A stretch of DNA of 64,000 nt from a virus (IMGVR_UViG_3300035182_001315), one strand, 5' to 3'; shown: positions 8,042 through 18,192, numbered from the stretch's first letter. Numbers and translations: made by a program. The notes: generated by a model from the letters alone, not told the origin.

Positions 8042-10885
8042 TTAGATATTCTGGAATGAAGCACCAGTGTTAAGGATGTCGAATTCGATTTCGATGAACT
8101 CAAGCGAACGAGTCGGCTTAAGGAAGATTTTACCTGTCAATTCATTTCTGTCGATTTCTTCTGGGTCAGTTGAAAGAACAACTCTGAAATCTGTAAGACC
8201 TCTTTCTGTTCTGATATTATCCAAGATTGGATTAACCAAAGACAAGAACTGGTTTCTTACAACGTTGTCGTTTTGTTCGAACAACAATCTGATAGCCACA
8301 GCAGAAATAAGCTTTCTTGCTTGCAACAACAATCTTCTAACGTTAACTCTGTCAAGAGCTGTGTCAGCAACCTGAAGAGTCTTGTTACCCCAAATCAACA
8401 CACCTTCAGTTGTAAAGGAAGCGATTGGATTGATTCTGTTTTCGTACAAGGTATCTCTTTCACCCTGAGTCAGTTTCTTTCTTGCCTTGATAGCATCAAC
8501 ATTACCTCTGTTAACACCCGCAGTTGCGAACCAAGGGAAAGCGATATTGTCAGTCAAAGCGATGTTTCTTACAACGTCTCTTGTTGGTGGAACGTAAATG
8601 AATACGTTGTTCTCAGCATCCAAGATTTGAATCCAAGGCCAGTAAGTAGCAGTGTAGTTGCTATCAAATTCACCAGAGATTTCGTCTGTTACATCCTGTG
8701 CAGAAAGTACATTTCCAGCACCATCAGTATCAGGAGTTGTTACGATATAAAGTGAGTCAGCTCTGTCAATTTCAACCATTTCGATTGCAGCCTCAACAAG
8801 GTTTGTGTTATCGAATGTATCGATACCCGGAGTTGCAAACACGTTAATGTTTACTGATTCTGGGTTAGAGAATGTCCAGATAGCTTCAAGGTAAGCGTAG
8901 TAATCTGAGTTGATACCCAAGTCACCGTTTGAAAGTGTTCTGTTCTGGAATACACCGCTCAATAAACCTGCCTGACCCTTCACACCATTGATAAGGAATG
9001 AGTCAAGGTTACTTCTTCTTGTTCTGTAGATATCCCAACCATCGAAACCACCGTATGGAGCGAAGGTAAACTTACGAGCGTAAACCTTTTCGTAAGGACC
9101 GCCAACCAAACCAGCTTCAGTTGTGAATACCCAATCACCAGTGTCAAACTTGAATATTGGGCTATATGTTCCGCCTGTTGAATCGATAACAACTTGTACG
9201 TTGTCGATTGTTGCAGCACTTGCATTAACGTCCATGTGGAAACCGTTTGTCATGCCGGTCCATTGGTCATAAGACTGTCCTACTGGAGCACCCTTGTAAT
9301 CGAAGATATCAGCATCGATACCAACAGTATCAGACAAACCTAAGTAGTACTTTCTCTTGTTTTCGAAAGTTCCGTAAGTCTGCTTGTACATAAGGCTTGG
9401 TGATGTTGTACCTGTGTTGCCATTCGCTTGGTAATCTCTGATAGGGAAACCTACGAAACCAGCTGCGAAAGCATCACTTGTGTCTGATGTGTCATCCAAC
9501 TCAACCAAAACGTAGGTTGACTTAGAAGCGTATGTACCATCAAGAGTACCGATTCTTCTCGCAATGTAATTGTTTGAAGTTGGGTCCATTGTACATCTTG
9601 CGTAAGATTCAAGAACAACTGGATTTGCATCTGTGTCATAGAATCCTCTGATATAAACGTCGAACTCTCTTGTATCTGGCTTGATGTTCACGATAGAAAT
9701 CTTGAACTGTTCGTTTGCTGCGTTACCGTCAGAGATGGTCCAGAATCTGAACAATCTAAGAACCTTGTTACCTCTCAATTCAGAAACAACATACGGTGTA
9801 ACCGCTGGCTGATACTGAGTCAAGTAGTCGTTGTAAGCAGTACCGTACTTAACAAGAGTTGAGTTGATACCATAAATTTTACCAGCAGTGTTCAATGAAG
9901 TGAACATGTGGTCGTATAATTCTTCAGCGAAGATTGCAGTTTTACCGTCCTGAGCACCACGTCCCAATACCTTTGGAAGGTAGTTCTTCTGAGTTTTGTC
10001 GAAAGACATTGAGTAATCGAAATTACCAACAGCTGAAGACTTACCAGAAAGGGAGAAGTTACCCAATGGGTTGTTTGTTGCGCCGGTTGCAGCTGGGTCG
10101 AAAATCAAACCAGTTGATGCGCTAACTTGAAATACAGGAACCTGAGTGGTTGCATCCACAGAACCTCTTGAACGCAAGATAGCAACTACCTTACCTTCAA
10201 CGCCTGTGTAACCTGTACCTGCGTAATATGTTGTTGTACCAGTTGTAGAACCAGTGATGAAACCACCGTTTGTACCAACTGAAGATACGTAAAGAGTTGC
10301 AGAAACACCACTGAAGGTAGTTCCGTTCTTTAAGAATGTTTGAGCGATTGTGCTTGTTGAACCTGTTGCAGAAACAGCCAAGTAGTCGAAGCTAATAAGA
10401 CCAGCTGCGAACAACTGACTGATAAGAGATTGATTTGTTGTGATTGAAAGAATGGTTCCACCAGTAGTTGCAGAGAATGTCAACAACGGATTTGCTGTTG
10501 TTGCAGACTGTGTAGTTACTACTGTTGCTGGGTCGATAGCTGCGCTAAGAGTGATACCCCAAGCCTGACCACCGTCATAACCAGAGAAACCAAGTACTCT
10601 TGTAACGAATAACTGGTTTGACTGAGACAAGTAGGATTTAGCGATATATGGAAGTTCATATAATGGAGCGCCGTTTCCGTCTGGTCCGTTTACAAGTGTG
10701 TTGTCTAACCCACCGAAGAAGGATTGAAATTCTCCGTAGTTACCAACGAAGATTGGTTGGAATGCTGGCCCTTGTGTTGTCTCACCCACCAAGCCAAGGG
10801 TTGTTACACCAACCTGACGTGTTACAAATGTGAGGTCTTTTTCAGAGGTATAGACACCCGGACTAACGAATACTTTATCTGCCAT
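8042..10885 (-). CDS. Tail sheath protein (T4 gp18-like)
   Basis: N-terminal VSPGVYTSEKDL, GETTQGPAF; C-terminal YWPW, VPPT, PWFATAGVNRG, RINPIASF, IWGNKTL, DRVNVRRL, IFLKPTRSLEFIEIEF. Confidence 0.95.
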   Translation of the reverse strand: MADKVFVSPGVYTSEKDLTFVTRQVGVTTLGLVGETTQGPAFQPIFVGNYGEFQSFFGGLDNTLVNGPDGNGAPLYELPYIAKSYLSQSNQLFVTRVLGFSGYDGGQAWGITLSAAIDPATVVTTQSATTANPLLTFSATTGGTILSITTNQSLISQLFAAGLISFDYLAVSATGSTSTIAQTFLKNGTTFSGVSATLYVSSVGTNGGFITGSTTGTTTYYAGTGYTGVEGKVVAILRSRGSVDATTQVPVFQVSASTGLIFDPAATGATNNPLGNFSLSGKSSAVGNFDYSMSFDKTQKNYLPKVLGRGAQDGKTAIFAEELYDHMFTSLNTAGKIYGINSTLVKYGTAYNDYLTQYQPAVTPYVVSELRGNKVLRLFRFWTISDGNAANEQFKISIVNIKPDTREFDVYIRGFYDTDANPVVLESYARCTMDPTSNNYIARRIGTLDGTYASKSTYVLVELDDTSDTSDAFAAGFVGFPIRDYQANGNTGTTSPSLMYKQTYGTFENKRKYYLGLSDTVGIDADIFDYKGAPVGQSYDQWTGMTNGFHMDVNASAATIDNVQVVIDSTGGTYSPIFKFDTGDWVFTTEAGLVGGPYEKVYARKFTFAPYGGFDGWDIYRTRRSNLDSFLINGVKGQAGLLSGVFQNRTLSNGDLGINSDYYAYLEAIWTFSNPESVNINVFATPGIDTFDNTNLVEAAIEMVEIDRADSLYIVTTPDTDGAGNVLSAQDVTDEISGEFDSNYTATYWPWIQILDAENNVFIYVPPTRDVVRNIALTDNIAFPWFATAGVNRGNVDAIKARKKLTQGERDTLYENRINPIASFTTEGVLIWGNKTLQVADTALDRVNVRRLLLQARKLISAVAIRLLFEQNDNVVRNQFLSLVNPILDNIRTERGLTDFRVVLSTDPEEIDRNELTGKIFLKPTRSLEFIEIEFDILNTGASFQNI

Positions 10886-10984
10886 GTTGTTTTTTTTACT
10901 GTTTTAAAATTATTTCTTCTAATAAATATTGCAGAAAAAAGGAAAATTTGGATATATAGTCAAAATCTTGAAAATTAAGGACCC

Positions 10985-11395
10985 TTATAAAAGGATTATT
11001 AACGCTATGGATACCACCAACATAGATATCTTCAATATTGCTGAAGCTTTTTCGGCCTTATTAGGAAACCACTTCTGTAACAACTTGTCGGTTTTAGCCG
11101 TAGTTCCCACAAAAAAGAAGGGTTTGTTCAATCCTACCTTGTGAACGATACCGGCGAAGATTGCCCAGAATGCAGAAAGGGAAAGAGGAATGAATTTAGC
11201 CCCAAACGCAAAAAAGGCAGTAAAAGCCAAGTACAGGAATAACCCAGCACCTACTTCATGCCATTCAGCGGAGACTTTATCATTCTCAGGAGTTCCGTCA
11301 GGAATCCTTGCGTCTTTGATTAATAAGGCGTTGTATAAGCCTAAAAGGACTACTCCAATGAGTACCCAGATTGTTCCAAGAATTGTTATAAGCAT
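10985..11395 (-). CDS. Integral membrane protein (136 aa, 3-4 TM segments)
   Basis: ATG at 11395 directly after the upstream TAA. Hydrophobic segments MLITILGTIWVLIGVVLLGLY, GAGLFLYLAFTAFFAFG, LSLSAFWAIFAGIV, ILKISMLVVSIALIILL. Confidence 0.7.
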   Translation of the reverse strand: MLITILGTIWVLIGVVLLGLYNALLIKDARIPDGTPENDKVSAEWHEVGAGLFLYLAFTAFFAFGAKFIPLSLSAFWAIFAGIVHKVGLNKPFFFVGTTAKTDKLLQKWFPNKAEKASAILKISMLVVSIALIILL

Positions 11396-11396
11396 A

Positions 11397-11570
11397 TTAC
11401 TCTTTAGTAATAAGTATCTTGGAATATGACACAGTTCCATCTTTATCAACCTGTTTTATGCGATAATAGACAGTTTTTGGCTGGGTTGGAGTAACAACAT
11501 TCTCTTTTTGGCATTTGAAGCCGATGAATGCGATAAAAAATATTGACAGGAAAATAATAAGCCTCTTCAT
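11397..11570 (-). CDS. 57-aa lipoprotein carrying the terminal strands of a T9SS-cargo-type beta-sandwich
   Basis: MKRLIIFLSIFFIAFIGFK-C20-QKEN is a signal peptide II with a Bacteroidota-like K/E patch. C-terminus YYRIKQVDKDGTVSYSKI. ATG at 11570, 4 nt after the upstream stop. Confidence 0.65.
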   Translation of the reverse strand: MKRLIIFLSIFFIAFIGFKCQKENVVTPTQPKTVYYRIKQVDKDGTVSYSKILITKE

Positions 11571-11574
11571 AGTT

Positions 11575-12576
11575 TTAACGGTTAAATGTAAAGTCGTAAG
11601 TAAGGGTCGCAGATGAGTTACCATTTGGAGCCTTGGAGTCGATTTTACCGACAGTGTTGAAACTAATTCCATCTTCACTTCTCTGAACCTCGAAGTAAGC
11701 ATTGTTGGATTCAGATACCGTTGTCCAATGAACAAGGGTAGAGTTTTGTATAGTTCTTAAATAGAAATCACCGAAAGTAATCGGAAGAGGAATACCCTTC
11801 TGATATTGCAACATCCACTCCCACATAGAAAGTCCAGTGGTCGGGCTGTGCCAGTTGATATCTTCATATGTTGTCCAGCAGCAGTGGCCACCCGGATAAA
11901 TCCAAAGCTCAGATGAGTTAGGAAAAAACTGGTTGAACCTTGAGTTAATCCATTTTGTCTGAGTAAGGAAGTCACCATCTTGGTCACCGTCCATACACCA
12001 TGTATGAATCTTTTCAGTAGCCCAAGCCTGTAGCTGAGCATCAGAAGGATTCACGTTTGTAGCGATTGACATTGGTACAGCAGCGGCAAAGTAATGAGTT
12101 AATTCCTGAGAATATGTAAGGGCATCAACAGTTTCCGCACCACCGGCACTAAGGCCATTGATGTAGATTCTGGAAATGTCAACACGGTAGTTGGCTATAA
12201 CCCACTTGATAGTTGCGAGAACTTCTTCAGGTGGCGGAGCCCAATCGTAATGCTGAGTAGCAATTACTATGAAAGAGAATTTCTTCTTGCTGATAGGGTC
12301 CGTGATATTATCAGGACGCATACCGTTTGCAATAAGATTTGGTATTCCTTGATTTAAAAGGATATTAACCGGCCCGAAGGCACCTGCTTCACCTAATCCG
12401 TGTAAAAAAATTACTACAGGATATTTCGTGGTGGAAAAAGGATAATCTGCGGGAAGGTATAAATACCCTTGTAAATTACCAGTGGGATATGGGACAGAAA
12501 CTTGTTGTTGTGGGCCTTGAGCAAAAGAGTAAAACGTTGTTGTAAGGATTGCTAACAATAAGAAAATCTTTCTCAT
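11575..12576 (-). CDS. Secreted alpha/beta-hydrolase (esterase / PHB-depolymerase-like / predicted peptidase family) with truncated C-terminal beta-sandwich
   Basis: Sec signal MRKIFLLLAILTTTFYSFA-Q; YPVVIFLHGLGE oxyanion motif; GLSAGG nucleophile; GDQD Asp; GGHCCW His. C-terminus LPITFGDF...HWTTVSESNNAYFEVQRSEDG...YDFT. Confidence 0.85.
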   Translation of the reverse strand: MRKIFLLLAILTTTFYSFAQGPQQQVSVPYPTGNLQGYLYLPADYPFSTTKYPVVIFLHGLGEAGAFGPVNILLNQGIPNLIANGMRPDNITDPISKKKFSFIVIATQHYDWAPPPEEVLATIKWVIANYRVDISRIYINGLSAGGAETVDALTYSQELTHYFAAAVPMSIATNVNPSDAQLQAWATEKIHTWCMDGDQDGDFLTQTKWINSRFNQFFPNSSELWIYPGGHCCWTTYEDINWHSPTTGLSMWEWMLQYQKGIPLPITFGDFYLRTIQNSTLVHWTTVSESNNAYFEVQRSEDGISFNTVGKIDSKAPNGNSSATLTYDFTFNR

Positions 12577-12596
12577 ACGTCTTGGTGGTTTTTATT

Positions 12597-13121
12597 TTAT
12601 CTTATCAGTGGTTTGTCAAATAGTTTTTCTAAATCTTTTCCACTGTTATCTTTAACGTACTTAACTGTTGTATCAGATACGTTAGTTATTTTTATGAAGT
12701 CAGCTGGCGCTACGTTTACAGAATTATTAGTTAGTATCGCAGATGAAGCTCCATACTGAGTGAACAAATATACTGCCAGAAGGATATAACATAGCCATTG
12801 GCCACCATTTCCCTGAACAAATATATCAGTTTTGTCCGCCGCACCCAAAATGATAAGGATAACTACACCGCCAACAGCGATATAAGAGATAACCTTTAGA
12901 ATCTTGTGAGCTGGTAATTCCTTAGCTTTTTCCAAAGCCAATTTAGGGGAAATGTCAACACGGTATTCAGCCGGTGCTGATTCGAAGTTGGCTCTCTTTT
13001 GTTCAGAGAAATATGTAACTGGGAACTTGTCGTCTTTCTTAACGATAACTTCAGCTACAAAGATTAATGAGGCAATAAGTGCCAATAATCCGATGATTGC
13101 ATTCTTAATTGGTGTTTTCAT
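12597..13121 (-). CDS. Membrane protein (3 predicted TM segments)
   Basis: 174 aa; hydrophobic stretches at about residues 8-27, 76-94 and 108-122. Confidence 0.65.
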   Translation of the reverse strand: MKTPIKNAIIGLLALIASLIFVAEVIVKKDDKFPVTYFSEQKRANFESAPAEYRVDISPKLALEKAKELPAHKILKVISYIAVGGVVILIILGAADKTDIFVQGNGGQWLCYILLAVYLFTQYGASSAILTNNSVNVAPADFIKITNVSDTTVKYVKDNSGKDLEKLFDKPLIR

Positions 13122-13187
13122 AACATTTTTTGTTTATTATAATTATCTTCCAGAAAGTAAAAGGTTAAGCTAATTACCAACAAAATA

Positions 13188-15122
13188 TTAATTCTGGGTC
13201 TCAATATATATTCTGTTTATACCCAAATTGACCGCAGTAGCTCCCGTATTCGCACCATTTGACGCTAAACAAGCTGCAACCATCGGAGTATTAACCGCTG
13301 GTGCATTGATACCAGTAGTTATCGTATTAACAATTGTTGTTCCAGAGTTAATATTATCTAAACGGTACCCGTACACATTAGTATTAGGTGCCATATATAT
13401 CCAAGCAACGTACCCAGTATTGGCAGAAAGTGTCGGCTGGCCACCTATAGCAGTTTTGGTTGATGTACCACCTGAGTTTGACATAAAGCTAATTGCCGTA
13501 TCACCAGAATCGATAATAAATCCGATTGTATTTGTATTTGCAGAGGGATTACCAACAACAATGTTACCCGTGTTGCTCGTAAGTCCAACAAATAATTTGC
13601 TACCGGCTGTCCAAGCATCAAAACCGAACGTACAGAAGAATAAGAATCCACCTCTTCCTGTAACCGAACCTCTGAACCACATGGCATCTGAACTTTTCTG
13701 GCCGACCTGTTGGTTAGTTGTAGTAATTACATTTGCATATCTACCTCTTTTAATTGTTGTATATACTGAAGTATTTGTAGGTAAGCCTAATGAATATGTA
13801 CCAGCACCCGCACCACCCGTACCAATCCAAAGTCCCGTTGAAGAACTCGTTGTTGACCAATATGTAATATTATTTGAAAGAAACGAATCTTGTACATTAG
13901 TTGCATGATTTGAAGAGTTAGTATACTTCAAGTGGTCATAACCACCAGCTGTCTTAGCATACATTCTAACCTGATTGGCTGATGTAGCTGCTGGTTCATT
14001 GGTAATAACCTGAATGTTAATACCAGTATCGGTACCACTTAAGGTAAGTGTGTTCGTTGCGTTGTTCCATGTAAGGTTTGCGTCACCTGCGTAACCAGTA
14101 CCGCCAGAGTTAAATATAAGTTGTCCATTACCTGTGACGTTTGGAAGCATATCATATCTTGTAGTACCTCTTGTAAAATATAATGAAGTGTTGTTGTATT
14201 CAAAAGCTCCAGTTTCTGGAGTATTTAATAAAGCACCACTACCTAACTTTAATGAAGCAGTACCAGCAGCAGTTGTACCACCAGTGATGTGAACCTGAGC
14301 AGTTGGGCCACTCGTACCAAAACCAACAACACCAAGGTCATTTTCACCATAGAACCAAGATACCGTATCGTTAACTCTCAATGCTCTTCTTGAATTCGGG
14401 AACACTAAGAAACCATTTAAAAACCCTGAGAAAAACCCAGCAGATAAAGGAATCGCAGATGAAGTTGTTGTTGTGAATACCGTAGCAATAGCATTAGCAT
14501 TTTCAAGTCTGATAGCGGCTGTGTCATTTACACCCACACCCGTGTTAACAACATGGAAGCCAGCATCTGCACCAGATGTTGCAGCCACCTTTATTCTTTG
14601 ATTAACGGCATCGATTGTATATTTTGAAGTACCAGTTAATGCACCATTTGAATTATATTGAATCTGTGTATCTGTACCACCGGCTGTTACATTAAGATAA
14701 GTTGCGGCGGATAATATACCATTCACTGTTAATCCAGTGAAGTTGTTAACTACGGTTGAGAATGTACCACCAGTGCTATCTTCAATCGCAAGTGTGTTGT
14801 TTGTAAAAGTGGTTGCAGTAACTCTCGTATCAATTGAACCCGGAATACCAGTTAAACCAGCACCAGAACCAAAGAAGGTAGTTGCAGAGATTGTAGTTGC
14901 GGAGACCGTAGGAACAATAAGTGTACCTGTCATGGTATCACCTGTTCTTGCGATTCTATCCCAACCAATTGGAAGAATTGAGTTGGTTGTTGTACCTGAT
15001 GCGTAAAGCTTTACATCAGCTGTGTTAAGGCTTAATTCACCTAATAATAGTGAACCAGCTGCTGGAACCTTTCCAGCTACATTAGAACGTTTAAGAAGAA
15101 AAATATTTTGTCTGTTTGCCAT
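13188..15122 (-). CDS. Tail fibre protein
   Basis: N-terminal LKRSNVAGKVP...GELSLNTAD fibre-anchor motif, Thr/Ser/Gly-rich shaft, distinct C-terminal tip domain. Confidence 0.75.
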   Translation of the reverse strand: MANRQNIFLLKRSNVAGKVPAAGSLLLGELSLNTADVKLYASGTTTNSILPIGWDRIARTGDTMTGTLIVPTVSATTISATTFFGSGAGLTGIPGSIDTRVTATTFTNNTLAIEDSTGGTFSTVVNNFTGLTVNGILSAATYLNVTAGGTDTQIQYNSNGALTGTSKYTIDAVNQRIKVAATSGADAGFHVVNTGVGVNDTAAIRLENANAIATVFTTTTSSAIPLSAGFFSGFLNGFLVFPNSRRALRVNDTVSWFYGENDLGVVGFGTSGPTAQVHITGGTTAAGTASLKLGSGALLNTPETGAFEYNNTSLYFTRGTTRYDMLPNVTGNGQLIFNSGGTGYAGDANLTWNNATNTLTLSGTDTGINIQVITNEPAATSANQVRMYAKTAGGYDHLKYTNSSNHATNVQDSFLSNNITYWSTTSSSTGLWIGTGGAGAGTYSLGLPTNTSVYTTIKRGRYANVITTTNQQVGQKSSDAMWFRGSVTGRGGFLFFCTFGFDAWTAGSKLFVGLTSNTGNIVVGNPSANTNTIGFIIDSGDTAISFMSNSGGTSTKTAIGGQPTLSANTGYVAWIYMAPNTNVYGYRLDNINSGTTIVNTITTGINAPAVNTPMVAACLASNGANTGATAVNLGINRIYIETQN

Positions 15123-15184
15123 ATCAATGGGCTTTAATCGATGCCTCTATATAGAGTTATTTTAAAATGGTTATATAACCAAGT

Positions 15185-15955
15185 TTATTCTTTAAATTTC
15201 CAAATAAATCCACCAGCAGATTTTGCCTTCCCGTTACATACTGAACCAACATTACCAAAATTAAATCCATCATCTACTACATTATGTAAACATTCATATT
15301 CCTTTATAAATTCACCTTCTTTTGAAAATTGTAGAACTTTTTTTCTATTCTTAGACTTCTTACCCCACATTGGATTTTTTTCACCCACCTGACGTTCACC
15401 TTTTCTATAGGCTGGGTTATTCTCTCCCTCATTTGCCTTTCTAATCTTATCTTTAACCTCATCTGAATGGTTCCTTCCAAGTTGACCCTTTCTCATATTC
15501 TCTTTGGCCAACTTAGCTTTCTCCTCTCCGAGAAGTTCTTCAAGAGATATACCTAACTTTTTCTTAGAGGCGGTGTCCTTTTGTTCTTGGGTCCATTTTC
15601 TACCGAAGTTTGGATTGTCCTCACCCAACATTTGTTTACCATGCTTAATCTTAACATATTCAGACCATTTTTTATTTAAAGGGTCTTTAAGATTATAGTT
15701 TAAATCAGAATTTATTCCACCATGTTCATTAATCCAAAATATCTCTCTATTATCCAAATCCTCAGTCTCTTCAATAATTTCAAACTTGAAATTATTCTTA
15801 CCATATTTCAAAAATGCCCTTTGTAAATGCTCGTTATGATGAGTATTATTTTCAAGCCTATAAAAATGTTCTCTTTCTCTGTAATTAAGCCTATCTGTCT
15901 GACCAATATAAGTCTTACCATTTATCAGATTCGTTATTTTATAAATCCCCTTCAT
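15185..15955 (-). mobile_element. Free-standing GIY-YIG homing endonuclease with NUMOD3-like repeats and NUMOD1-like C-terminus
   Basis: GIYKITNLINGKTYIGQT; HSDEVKDKIRKANEGENNP, GEKNPMWGK; C-terminal VLQFSKEGEFIKEY...CNGKAKSAGGFIWKF. Start 15955 preferred over 15982. Confidence 0.9.
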
Positions 15956-16029
15956 ATAAAAAAAGATGGTTGTTTTATCCATCTTTTAATAAATATGTAG
16001 AAATATTAAAAAGTAATAAGTTCCACGGT

Positions 16030-18192
16030 TTAGTAGACCCCCCCATCGAGGATGTCAAATTCGGCAAGAACTCTAACACCATTTGGAATAGCTGGGTTTG
16101 TGCTTCTAATAACAATATCATTCAACTGTGTAACCCAAGCTCTGTTAGCAAAACCAACTGAACCAGTGTACTCAGTTACGGATGGAATGTTACCAGCTGT
16201 AAGACCAGTGAAGCCGTTCATCGCTCTGATATCCAAGGTTACTGATGAACCTGAAGTACCTGAACCATCTTGGATTGTCCAACCAGCACCGATAGATGTT
16301 GATGGAGTACCACCCGATGGATTAAAGTTGATTGTGATGTTATTATCTTCAACGTACAACTGTGAAGTAAACGCTGAAATGGTTCCACCCAATACAGTCA
16401 AGTTACCGGCAACAGTTACATCACCAGCACTTATGATACCACCAGAACCAACAGTCAATGAACCAGCTGCTGGAAGAGTCATGTTGGTACCATCAAATAT
16501 CGCCGTACCTGTAATTAACTTACCAGAAGCAGGAGAGCTATAGATAAGTCTATTAGCAGTAAGGTCATTCGCTGTAAGGCCAGAGAAACTTGTCAAGTTG
16601 ACAACCAACGGATTCTGACCATTGTTCTGGTTTACAGAAAGAGCATTTGATGCCGGTGTGTATGTGTAACCAGTTACGAAAGTATCTGATGTTGTAATCG
16701 CTGAAATAGCTGCCAAAACAAAACCACCTGAAGTACCTGAAAGGAACTGATTGGCGAAGTTTGTATTACCCTGATATGTCTTAATCTGACCAAAGATATT
16801 CAAGTCCTGAGTTGCGATAGCAGTAGAAGCGGAAATTGTTGCCGCAGAAACGCTACCAGCAGATACAGTTGTTGAAGTTAAGCCAGCAAAGTTGCTTATG
16901 TTCGTTGTGAACGTACCACCAGTACTGTTTGTAATGGTCAACGTATTGTTAGAGAATGTCGCACCAGTTGCCTTCACATCAACAAGACCTGTGATATTCG
17001 AAGCAGAGATGTTTGTAAGACCAGCACCATTACCAAAGAATGAACCACCTGAAAAGGTAGCACCAGTAACCAATGGAGCAAAAATCGTAGAAGCACCTTG
17101 AATGGTACCACCGGAGATTGTTGAACCGAAGATAGCAGGAGCTGTAACTGAAGTTGATGCGGCAACCGTAGCACCAGAAATTGATGTTGCTAATGCTGTT
17201 GTTGCTGAAAGAATACCGTTAACTGTAAGACCAGTAAAGTTATTTATGGTTGTTGAGAATGTACCACCAGTGCTATTGGTAATCGTCAATAAGTTATTTG
17301 TAAATGTTGCACCGGTTGCCTTCACATCAACAAGTCCTGTGATATTTGCAGCTGTGATATTGGTAATTGCGGCACCATTACCAGCTAAAGTACCACCTGA
17401 AATTGAGGTACCAAGAATTGTTGTACCAGAAACCAACGGCGCAGAAAGAGATATTGAAGCTTGAACTGTTGATGCAGATACTGAAGTAGCCAATGCCGTA
17501 ACCGCAGAGAATGTACCATTTACTGTAAGAGCAGAGAAGTTGTTTATCAATACAGAGAATGTACCGCCAGTATTATTCGTGATTGTAAGTGTATTGTTTG
17601 TGAAGGTACCACCCGTAGCCTTGGTATCATTGATACCTGTAAGGCCAGCACCAGAACCAAAGAACGTACCGCCAGAGAAAATAGGTGACTGAATTGTACC
17701 AGCAGACATTGAAGTAGCCTGTACAGTCGCAGCAGAAAGTGTACCGTTTACTGTTAAACCAGTAACAGCATTGAATGTTGCTGAAAGGGCCGGTTGACCG
17801 TTATTTTGATTAATTGTGAATGTGTTGTTGTTGTAAGTGAAGCCGGTTGTGAAGGTATCGCTTGTTGAAATTTGAGAAATATTTGCAAGCGTGAACCCAC
17901 CTGTTGTACCTGAAAGGAACTTACCCGCAAGGCCAGCACCCGTGACACCTTCATACTGGATGATTCTGTGTCTAAGAGCAAGGTCATAAAGGTTAGAACC
18001 AACTTCAAAGAAAACGGAAGTTGCACCAGAACCAGCCTGAGTCCAACCAGAAGTTGACTGCGTATTACCAGAAAAATATAAGATACCATCGGCTGTATTT
18101 ACGATGGGTTCGCCCAAAGCCAAGGTTGTTGGTAATGGACGAGCAACAATGTTACTGTTTTTTAATATATGGGTGATTGTACGTTTTGCCAT
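16030..18192 (-). CDS. Tail fibre protein with repeated shaft modules
   Basis: N-terminus paralogous to 13188-15122 (GEPIVNTADG). About five D-x-x-x-TGxT(F/Y)xNNxxTI...(F/V)xGLTVNG modules; ends DGGVY. Confidence 0.75.
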   Translation of the reverse strand: MAKRTITHILKNSNIVARPLPTTLALGEPIVNTADGILYFSGNTQSTSGWTQAGSGATSVFFEVGSNLYDLALRHRIIQYEGVTGAGLAGKFLSGTTGGFTLANISQISTSDTFTTGFTYNNNTFTINQNNGQPALSATFNAVTGLTVNGTLSAATVQATSMSAGTIQSPIFSGGTFFGSGAGLTGINDTKATGGTFTNNTLTITNNTGGTFSVLINNFSALTVNGTFSAVTALATSVSASTVQASISLSAPLVSGTTILGTSISGGTLAGNGAAITNITAANITGLVDVKATGATFTNNLLTITNSTGGTFSTTINNFTGLTVNGILSATTALATSISGATVAASTSVTAPAIFGSTISGGTIQGASTIFAPLVTGATFSGGSFFGNGAGLTNISASNITGLVDVKATGATFSNNTLTITNSTGGTFTTNISNFAGLTSTTVSAGSVSAATISASTAIATQDLNIFGQIKTYQGNTNFANQFLSGTSGGFVLAAISAITTSDTFVTGYTYTPASNALSVNQNNGQNPLVVNLTSFSGLTANDLTANRLIYSSPASGKLITGTAIFDGTNMTLPAAGSLTVGSGGIISAGDVTVAGNLTVLGGTISAFTSQLYVEDNNITINFNPSGGTPSTSIGAGWTIQDGSGTSGSSVTLDIRAMNGFTGLTAGNIPSVTEYTGSVGFANRAWVTQLNDIVIRSTNPAIPNGVRVLAEFDILDGGVY

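Noticed and set aside
1297-17464. Long plus-strand ORFs opposite the tape measure, sheath and fibre genes (e.g. 1297-1950, 6198-6719, 13228-13908, 16052-16543)
   Set aside because: Antisense shadow frames produced by codon bias in Gly/Thr/Ala-rich genes; no motifs or expression signals.
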